Both the position numbers and the translations under genes were made by a program. From contig JAWOCK010000038.1 in the NCBI GenBank assembly GCA_046483845.1, forward strand, positions 355-64,354: a stretch of 64,000 bases of DNA. The letters are read 5' to 3'. Shown piece after piece: positions 56,468 through 64,000 of the stretch (position 1 is its first letter; each line of letters begins with the position of its first letter). Under the pieces are notes generated by a model. The model was given only the letters and a program-made list of their open reading frames with translations, was not told the DNA's origin and did not search any database. The stretch comes from Thermoplasmatota archaeon. GTDB taxonomy: Archaea > Thermoplasmatota > Penumbrarchaeia > Penumbrarchaeales > Penumbrarchaeaceae.

Positions 56468-57940
56468 TCAGTCCTCGGGTCTGTTATCAACGATCCTCTG
56501 AACCTTTATCTTGCCGCCCATGAGATCGAAGAGCTCATCGCTTCCGAAATGCGCGTCCACCACCGCATTTATCTCCAGGGCATCATTCACCTTGTCCTTG
56601 ACGGCCTTTTTCAGCTTCTCACTGTCATATCCTTTCATGGGGGACACCCTGATCTTGAGCACATCGAGGTCCGACGGGTCGTTGTTCCTCTTCTCTATGG
56701 AGACCTGCCACTCGTCCACACCCTCCATCGATGGCATGATATCGAAGAAAACGTTGAGGTTCAGAAGTGTTCCCTTCACCTTCGTCAGCTCCAGTTTGCG
56801 GGAATAATCTCGGATACGGCCTATGGGCCCAACAAGTCTGGGCCCCTCCCTTCCGCAGTGGGGGCACTTGCCGTATCGTATGCCCCCTTCGAATATGTCG
56901 CCGATGAGGAACCTGCACAGTACCGTACCCCTTCCGTCTATGTTCGTCACCGCCAGTGCTCCACTTTCCCCGGGTCTTTTCTGCTTCCCGGTCTCCGGGT
57001 CCACTATCTCGCATATGTGAAGATTGGGATGAACATGGAAGGAGTACGATCCCGGTCTGCATTCGGCATAGGCATCCCTCATCTCGGTGGTGCCGTATGC
57101 ATTGAATATGAACGGGTCCGGTGCACCTCGCTCGTTAAGTATCTCCTTCATCTTCTTCCTGGTGTTCTCTGTTAGCTTCTCTCCAGCCGTGAGTATATAG
57201 TTGACGGAGGAAAGGTCCACCTCCAGCTCCTGTGCCTTTCTAAGCAGATGGTAGATGTAGGAAGGTATGCCTATCAGTATGTTGGCGTCCACCATTGTCA
57301 GGACCTCCAGGGTCTTCTCGGTGGAGGTCACGGTCCCGCCGCCTGTATGGAACATCCTGAGAGGCGAGTGGAGATTGACGAAGTAGACGAAGATGAAGGC
57401 CAGGTGCGGTGCGAAGGGGAAGGTGTTCAGTATGACCGAATCCGGGTCGAACCCAATTATGTCCTCAAGCGAGGCATAGGCGTTGGAGAACTGTCTTATG
57501 TCCCTGTGGGTCAACATGAAGGGGACATTGTTCCCCGTGGTCCCGGAGGTGGCTATCATGAAGGTGGGATAGTAATCCGATCTCAAGGTCTCCTTCACAT
57601 CGCCCTTTATCATATCCTTGAGCTTCATCTGCACCAACCTGGACCTGGGCCAATGTTTCTTTATCTTCTCCAGATCGGGCTGGAGTATGAAGTCCTTGTA
57701 CCTCTTCGGATGAGCGGAGGTGGGCATTATGTCCTCCTTGCGGGTCAACGGTACCTTCTCCAGGTCCCTTACCGTGCGGATGCTGAACGGGTCAATGGAA
57801 CTGTCGTCGAAGAGCTTCCTGTAGAAGGGGGAGAAAGGATAGAGCTGATACCTTATGAACTCCCTTAACTTCCTCTCCTGGGTCCTGGATACCTCCTGGC
57901 TGCTCATGTTATAATATCTCTCGATCGGATCGAAGTCCAA
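56468..57940 (-). CDS. Phenylacetate-CoA ligase-like adenylate-forming enzyme
   Basis: SPFYR, ATSGTTG P-loop, PSY, AGE, YGTTE, RFLIGD, KVKG. Confidence 0.85.
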   Translation of the reverse strand: MDFDPIERYYNMSSQEVSRTQERKLREFIRYQLYPFSPFYRKLFDDSSIDPFSIRTVRDLEKVPLTRKEDIMPTSAHPKRYKDFILQPDLEKIKKHWPRSRLVQMKLKDMIKGDVKETLRSDYYPTFMIATSGTTGNNVPFMLTHRDIRQFSNAYASLEDIIGFDPDSVILNTFPFAPHLAFIFVYFVNLHSPLRMFHTGGGTVTSTEKTLEVLTMVDANILIGIPSYIYHLLRKAQELEVDLSSVNYILTAGEKLTENTRKKMKEILNERGAPDPFIFNAYGTTEMRDAYAECRPGSYSFHVHPNLHICEIVDPETGKQKRPGESGALAVTNIDGRGTVLCRFLIGDIFEGGIRYGKCPHCGREGPRLVGPIGRIRDYSRKLELTKVKGTLLNLNVFFDIMPSMEGVDEWQVSIEKRNNDPSDLDVLKIRVSPMKGYDSEKLKKAVKDKVNDALEINAVVDAHFGSDELFDLMGGKIKVQRIVDNRPED

Positions 57941-58002
57941 GCTGCTTCCTCCTGGAAGGGACGTTGTCTAGAGGTAGAGCTGATAATTAACGATTGTTCC
58001 AA

Positions 58003-59451
58003 CTAATTCCTGCGGTAGGCAGACTGCACCTTGTCCACATCGTAGACCCCGGTTATCATGCCGTCATCTCCCAGTATCGTCGAGGAGGATACCACCACAA
58101 CCTTCTCCTCGGGAGAGACAAGGCCCATGTCCAGTACGGCCTTGACGGAGCTCATGATCCTTTGCTCCAGGTCATCCTTGTCTATTCCATCGGAGAACAA
58201 CGGTGCCGCTCCCCATACCAGGGCCATCTCCCTGGCGGTCCTCCTGTTAGGCGTTATTGCCAGTATGGACCTATTGGGCCTGTACTTTGATATCATCCTG
58301 GCCGAATGTCCCGTATCGGTCACCGCAAGCACCTTTCCCGGATAGCCCCTGTCGTTGAACTCCTTGACAAGGGTGAAGCAGGCATGGCCTATGGTCTCAA
58401 CGACGCACCGGGTATCCGAATCGTAGTAATCGGGGTCCCGGTCGGGTAGCTCACCTTCGGCTGCCCGGACTATATTTTTCATGAACTCCAATGCCTTCAT
58501 GGGATGCTTTCCTATGGATGTCTCAGAGGAGAGCATCACCGCATCCGCCCCGTCCAGCACCGCATTGAACACATCGCTGGCCTCTGCCCTGGTGGGCCTT
58601 GAATGCTCCACCATGGATTCCAGCATCTGGGTGGCAACTATGACAGGTATACCTGCCTTGTTGCAGAGCCTGCACATCTCTTTCTGCCAGATGGGTACCT
58701 CGTGAGGTGGTATCTCCACACCCAGATCCCCCCTTGCCACCATAATGCCGTCGGAAACATCTATGATCCCCTGCAGGTTCTTCAGCGCTGAGGGACGTTC
58801 TATCTTTGCGATGAGCCTGATGTCCTCATTTCCGCATTCCTTCAGAAAGCTCCTCACGCTCTCGATGTCTTCGGGGGCGGCCACGAAGGAAACTGCCACG
58901 TATTCGGGGTCCAGTTCTGCGATCACCTCCAGGTCATCCTTGTCGTCCGGTGTAGGTATCTTTATGGAAAGTTTTGCTCCGGGGATATTGCACCCCTTTC
59001 TGTCGGATACGATCCCTCCGGATCTGACAGTGCAGACCAGGTGATCATCTCCCCTATCAGTGACCCTCAGTTTGACGATACCGTCATTGAGGTATATCTC
59101 ATCACCCTCGTCCAGGTCCGAAAGAAGGCCTGGATGGTCTATGGTGAAAATCTTCTCCGTCCCGAGCACCGGCTCGGGGGTCACCCGAACCGTATCTCCC
59201 GCATTCAATCTGACGGGGCGGACCATTGCACCCGTTCTGATCTTGGGGCCCCGGATATCACAGAGGATCGCGGTCTCGGATGAGATCTCCCTGATGTTGC
59301 GGAAGGTTCTTCTGTGTGCCTCATTATCGCCGTGGGAGAAGTTCAACCTGGCAACATCCATGCCTTCTTCGATCAGGGACCTCAGAACGCCATCTCTGTC
59401 GGTGGCAGGTCCCATTGTGCATACGATCTTGGTCTTTCTTGAAAGGTCCAT
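58003..59451 (-). CDS. pyk: Pyruvate kinase
   Basis: KTKIVCTMGPA, RLNFSHG, GPKIR, IAKIE, MVARGDLGVE, ATQMLESM, PTRAEASDV. Confidence 0.96.
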   Translation of the reverse strand: MDLSRKTKIVCTMGPATDRDGVLRSLIEEGMDVARLNFSHGDNEAHRRTFRNIREISSETAILCDIRGPKIRTGAMVRPVRLNAGDTVRVTPEPVLGTEKIFTIDHPGLLSDLDEGDEIYLNDGIVKLRVTDRGDDHLVCTVRSGGIVSDRKGCNIPGAKLSIKIPTPDDKDDLEVIAELDPEYVAVSFVAAPEDIESVRSFLKECGNEDIRLIAKIERPSALKNLQGIIDVSDGIMVARGDLGVEIPPHEVPIWQKEMCRLCNKAGIPVIVATQMLESMVEHSRPTRAEASDVFNAVLDGADAVMLSSETSIGKHPMKALEFMKNIVRAAEGELPDRDPDYYDSDTRCVVETIGHACFTLVKEFNDRGYPGKVLAVTDTGHSARMISKYRPNRSILAITPNRRTAREMALVWGAAPLFSDGIDKDDLEQRIMSSVKAVLDMGLVSPEEKVVVVSSSTILGDDGMITGVYDVDKVQSAYRRN

Positions 59452-59555
59452 TTCGGGTCCCCCGCTTCAAGATGTCGCACTCGGATATAATCCTGTCTGC
59501 CCGCAGGTGACAACATAGTGCTCCAGGCTCATTTCATCTGAAGGGAAGATGTCTG

Positions 59556-59873
59556 ATGGAAAATCATTATAAACCGGGGGACCCGTATTTATTTCAAGGT
59601 GTTCAGATGAAACCGTACCACCCCATCGGATACAATATACACATAAAGGAACCCGACGATGAGAACCCCGAACCCGAGTATTATCTGGAGTTCGAGGAGG
59701 GTGAACCCGTACCGGAGGAACTGGTCCACGGCAAGGAGGTCGAGGTGCAGATAGATGATGTCTTTCAGATCTTCGGCCACTACAAACATCCTTACCTCAA
59801 TTTCGAAGGTTCCGAACCGGACATGGAAAAGTTGAAGGAGCACACCCCCAAAGAGGTCACTATCTGGTACTGA
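59556..59873 (+). CDS. Acidic hypothetical protein
   Basis: 105-aa ORF with host-like codon usage; no family recognised. Confidence 0.5.
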   Translation: MENHYKPGDPYLFQGVQMKPYHPIGYNIHIKEPDDENPEPEYYLEFEEGEPVPEELVHGKEVEVQIDDVFQIFGHYKHPYLNFEGSEPDMEKLKEHTPKEVTIWY

Positions 59874-60129
59874 CATGAACAGGGGCCCTCCGTATTCATT
59901 GGCATATCGATAGGTATCCCTGTCATCCTACGGGGTATTTTAATTTTTAAGCAGTGCATATTAACCGGCACTGGGCCCTTCAAAAGCCCAAATAATGGGC
60001 AATAAGGAGTAGGGAACACATTCGTAATCTTGTTTTTCCAATATGATCTGTCGATGGAGCAAAGAACCTAGATACCATGGAGCATATTGCCCAGCACGGA
60101 AATATGGCCGAAAGAAAAGAGTTGCCCGA

Positions 60130-60262
60130 TATTCCGACATATCTTTCCAAAGTGTGTGTTGTCGAAGTGGGGGGATGAGTTAGCTAAAGTATCCAAACAG
60201 ACAAAAAAGGTAATTGAGCAACTTGAAGTACCTATTACCGAAGAATTGGAACTTTAGGGTTA
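60130..60262 (+). pseudogene. Possible degenerate transposase 3' end (IS1634-like)
   Basis: Frameshifted ...YLSKVCVVEVG/...AKVSKQTKKVIEQLEVPI...*, ending in GGAACTTTAGG; resemblance recalled, not searched. Confidence 0.3.
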
Positions 60263-60390
60263 CGAACTGCTGATCTAAAAGAAATATTTAAATATCCTTT
60301 AAAAATAAATTAATTTAAGACTAATATTTTATATACCTACATTTCCACTGGTTTAGACTGCCCATCAAGGCTACGGATGAAAGAGGTGAA

Positions 60391-62310
60391 ATGATGAAAA
60401 AACTTATCGAAATGAAACCGATAATTATGGGTTTTGCCTTGATCACAACATCCTTCATATTTGTTGGTCTGATGACCGATGAAGTGTCTGCAGTGACGCA
60501 TGTGGTGGATAATCTGAACGGACCGATTTACACCATTAATGAAGCTATCGCCGCATCTGGCCCGGGTGATTCCATCATGGTCAATTATGGAACAGGAACG
60601 TACAATGAAAACAATCCTCTGACGATCAATATGCCTTTGACAATAATTGGCCAAATGAACCAGGATAACGAGATACCAACAATAAGTGCGAATAACGCAA
60701 ATAACAATGTGATTTCGATCCTGTCAGGTTGTCCCGTAGTGGTGGAGAATTTCGTTATCACCGGAGCAACCGGAGCATCAGGTGTGTATTCCCAGGTAGC
60801 TGCACACTCCGGTTCTGAGGTTTTAATACAGAACTGTGAGATCACAGAAAACATGAACGGAGTTACTTTCACACAGGATTCTGCCTATAATGTGATAGAT
60901 GATTGTGAGATCCATTTAAACAGTATTTATGGCGTTGAGTATGAAGGTACTAACCATTTGATCGATGATTGCGGATCAACATTCACTGTGGATAGTGGCA
61001 TATATTCAAATGGATATGGTGGAATCCACTCTACATATCTGTTTTATTCGGGTATCGAGGATTCTAATATTTACAACAACGGAATGGATGGAATCGATCT
61101 ATCCAATGCCAATTCTAATAATATTAAGAATGTAGAGATATGGAACAATGATTATAAAGGATTGTCTGTCGTCGGAGATTCCAATACAATGGACGGAATG
61201 ACCAGCAGGGAGATCAAAGATAATAATGGTGCTGCTACCGGTACGGCAAGGGATGTGTTTATCAATGGATATTCCAATACTTTGAAAGGGTATACCATTA
61301 AAAGAAGCAATACAGGGAACTCTAATGACATTGGTGTTGAAACATATAATGCAAACAGCAACAATGCAAATATTGTAAGAAACTGCCAGGTTTACAATTA
61401 TGATGGTGACGATTCGATCGGGTTAAAAATCGATGGGGGAGACGAGGTTCGGGGCAGTTCAACTAAAGTGCATGATAATGAGATCGGAATTCAATTAGGG
61501 TCCGGACTTGTGAATTCAATATTGGATTGTGACAATACCCTTGCTGGAACCGGATCCCACAACATCTATGACAATCAAATTGGTGTATATGTGGATTGCA
61601 AAGGTGCGATCATTCGAGAGACCTATTTTTATTATACGGGAATTTATGGAGCAAATAATCTTGTTGGAATCCGGATCGACAACAACAACAACTATCAATC
61701 CGATGCTGACATTGATGATTGCAAATTTGAAAAGTTGGAAACCGGTATAAAAATATCGGATTCAGATTCCAATTATTATTCGACTGTCGATGAATGTGGA
61801 TTCGAATCAATACCATCCTATGGTATCTATATTGAAAATGGAGGATATGACCAGATCACATCAAGCAGCATCACAAATTGTGATGCAGGAATATACCTAA
61901 AAGGAGACACCACACATACTGTTGATCATGTTGATATCTATGGATGTACTTTTTCAAACACAGTATCTACTGGAGGATCGATGTATACGGGCGTATATGG
62001 TTATCGTTCTAATTATAATACTATTGAATCCTGCACTTTTGATGGATACAATAAAGGTGTATGGTTTAAGAGATATTCAACAGAAAATACAATAGAGGAT
62101 TGTGAGTTTTCGGATGATAGCGATGTATGGGAAGCTACCGGATGGGGACAGAACAATGCTGATATCGGGGTTCTTGTCGAGTACCAATCAAATGGTTTAC
62201 TAATTGACACATGTGATTTTGATGAACAAACATTTGCTATGGGAATATTGGGTACACAATATATATCGATAGATGGAGATGATACTTCAGGTTCTTCAAT
62301 TACTATGCAG
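60391..62310 (+). CDS. Secreted right-handed beta-helix (NosD/pectin-lyase-like) protein, probably 3' truncated at junction
   Basis: GAGGTGA RBS; signal peptide; YTINEAIAASGPGDSI..GTYNE; many NCEI/N..GI repeats; AT-rich; the stop at 62319 lies in the next fragment. Confidence 0.8.
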
Positions 62311-62312
62311 GG

Positions 62313-62510
62313 TCCCTAGAGGGAAGCCAAGCCAGTTTAAAAGGAAAGTTCCGATCGAACCAAGTTCAAGGGAAACTAAGAGACTACATAAAGAAATACG
62401 TCGTATGCGAAGAATGCAAGAAAGCAGACACCAAGCTAGTTAAATTCAAAGGCACTAGATACAAGAAATGCGAAGCATGCGGAGCCAGATCCCCAGTGAA
62501 GTCACTGTAG
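62313..62510 (+). CDS. eif2b: Translation initiation factor aIF2 beta subunit, C-terminal fragment
   Basis: Manual translation SLEGSQASLKGKF...DYIKKYVVCEECKKADTKLVK...KCEACGARSPVKSL*; missed by the ORF track. Confidence 0.88.
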   Translation, partial: SLEGSQASLKGKFRSNQVQGKLRDYIKKYVVCEECKKADTKLVKFKGTRYKKCEACGARSPVKSL

Positions 62511-62517
62511 TGATTAA

Positions 62518-62799
62518 ATGCATTGGATAAACGAGAAAGGAGATATGCTAGCTGCCTGTGACGAAGAGCTTCTTGGCGAAGAAATTGAAGGCGAAGAACT
62601 GTCATTGAAAGTCAACGAAGGATTCTACAAGGGCAGGAAAGTAGACGGAGAGGAATTAGGCCAACTAATAAATAACTACGGGAACATTAACCTAATAGGA
62701 AAAGAAACAGTGGAGATAGCCGAAGGCGAGAAAGGCGAGTTAAGCAAGAAATACATCGGCGAAGTGCCCCACGCTATAATAATAACTATGAGCAGGTGA
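62518..62799 (+). CDS. DUF424 family protein
   Basis: LAACDEELLG...VNEGFYKG...NLIGKETVE...VPHA. Confidence 0.85.
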   Translation: MHWINEKGDMLAACDEELLGEEIEGEELSLKVNEGFYKGRKVDGEELGQLINNYGNINLIGKETVEIAEGEKGELSKKYIGEVPHAIIITMSR

Positions 62800-62803
62800 A
62801 AAA

Positions 62804-63133
62804 ATGGGTAAGAAGAAAAAAGACCAAGAAAACCAAGTTATAAGAGTAAAGACCCCGAGAGATAACCAGGTGATCTGCAAAGTCATCGAAAGACACCGTG
62901 GAAAGAGAATGAGCGTGGAATGTACCGATGGAAACAGGAGAATGTGCAGAGTACCAGGTAAAAAAAGAAGAGGCAGGGCAAAGAAGATGTGGAGAATGAT
63001 CAAAAGCGGTTCCTATGTATTAGTAGAGCCCTGGAGCATAGAAAGCGACGATAAAGGCGATGTAGTTTGGAAATACAGTAACCGAGCTGTTAACTGGCTT
63101 AGAAAAAGAGGTTACTTGAAGGATCTTGAGTAG
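62804..63133 (+). CDS. eif1a: Translation initiation factor aIF1A
   Basis: RVKTP, VECTDG..RMCRVPG, VLVEPW, KGDVVWKY, WLRKRGYL. Confidence 0.92.
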   Translation: MGKKKKDQENQVIRVKTPRDNQVICKVIERHRGKRMSVECTDGNRRMCRVPGKKRRGRAKKMWRMIKSGSYVLVEPWSIESDDKGDVVWKYSNRAVNWLRKRGYLKDLE

Positions 63134-63481
63134 CTAACAAGTTAAATGAAGCACTGCTACGACATCTTTGTCTTCTTCGACCATTTTATTGAATATTCTG
63201 AATGCTCTATCAGTTTTCTTCTTTATTACTTCTACTCCCTGGTTTTCCAGAGCTCTACGGGTCTCTGGAAGCAGGTGAAGTCTTCCTTGAGTTCCTTTAC
63301 CTATTATGAATACTTCTGGTGGTTCCTCTATGATCTTTTCTACGTCTTTCTTGTGTACGGCGTGTCCTTCGTCTCTCCACCATTCTCCTTCGACGTGATC
63401 CGAGTAGATGATGACATCGTCGGTGTATTCCTCTCCATCGATCGTTATTTTCCCGTATTCATAATCGTCTATGTGAACCAT
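63134..63481 (-). CDS. Mth938-like (DUF498) protein
   Basis: IDDYEYGKITIDG..Y..DVII, WWRDEGH, IIGKG, FN, LHLTC. Confidence 0.88.
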   Translation of the reverse strand: MVHIDDYEYGKITIDGEEYTDDVIIYSDHVEGEWWRDEGHAVHKKDVEKIIEEPPEVFIIGKGTQGRLHLLPETRRALENQGVEVIKKKTDRAFRIFNKMVEEDKDVVAVLHLTC

Positions 63482-63603
63482 ACGAGTAAACTAAGGAAAG
63501 CAGTGTAAATAAACCCCCGTGGATATTTTGTAGAAAGGTTTTTGCCAATATTTATAAACAGGGAAATGCAAAAACATAATTACACAATATGGAGGTTATA
63601 GTT

Positions 63604-64000
63604 ATGAGCAAAACAGGCAAACTCGAACAATGGATAGGGGAAATAATCGACAAAGACCCTGAATACAGGAAGAAAGTCATCTTAGATCTCAAGAGCCAGT
63701 CTCAGCAGTTCGAAAAAGCAGTTGGAAAAGCAAAGAAGAATGTTAAAAACATAGGAGAAGCTTACAACGAAGTTCAAAACCTCCCAACTGACCTAAGTAG
63801 AGATAGGACAGGCAGAGCAAATGAACACCTGGATGAAGCTATCTTCAAGTCATCAGTCGCAGATAAAGAACGAAGGAATCTACCTAACCTACCGAAAGAA
63901 GAAAAAAGATTAATGCAAGTCGAAGGAATAGCAAACATGGTACTTAGAAAAGAACGTGAGAAGATGGAGAAAGAGAGAGAAAAGAAAAGAAGAAAATACA
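63604..64000 (+). CDS. Hypothetical helical protein, runs off the window end
   Basis: GGAGGT RBS then MSKTGKLEQWIGEII...; no stop before 64000. Confidence 0.65.
   Translation, partial: MSKTGKLEQWIGEIIDKDPEYRKKVILDLKSQSQQFEKAVGKAKKNVKNIGEAYNEVQNLPTDLSRDRTGRANEHLDEAIFKSSVADKERRNLPNLPKEEKRLMQVEGIANMVLRKEREKMEKEREKKRRKY

Noticed and set aside
1..64000. CRISPR array, rRNA or tRNA genes
   Set aside because: No regularly spaced repeats or RNA-gene signatures were seen by eye; a tRNAscan/Infernal run would be needed to exclude small RNAs.

Overview
The window is almost certainly not one continuous chromosome. It reads as at least three joined sequences, with genes cut at about 4240 and about 62310. 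(1) 1-~4240 is bacterial and resembles sulfate-reducing Desulfobacterota. It holds a selenocysteine-type hdrA (in-frame TGA plus SECIS-like hairpin, missed by the ORF track), rlpA, ihfA, a nested-palindrome/MITE-like repeat, a HIT protein, an Elp3-like radical SAM enzyme and a truncated thrC. (2) ~4240-~62310 is archaeal, most like Thermoplasmatota (Cbf5, PAN, MfnA, HPS-RraA fusion, PGF-CTERM protein, DUF835, PolB2), with many bacterial-type genes. Highlights are a four-gene wHTH/KaiC/inactive-KaiC operon whose non-ATPase parts share a helical 'LIG' module, a DUF835 plus wHTH-STAND-TPR pair, a PolB2 cassette split by a 5.5 kb insertion, an orphan methyltransferase with an SNase-like tail, large surface proteins, and two probable CTG start codons. 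(3) ~62310-64000 is a more AT-rich archaeal fragment (aIF2-beta end, DUF424, aIF1A, Mth938-like protein). I saw no rRNA, tRNA or CRISPR array. All family calls come from motif recognition by eye; no searches were run.
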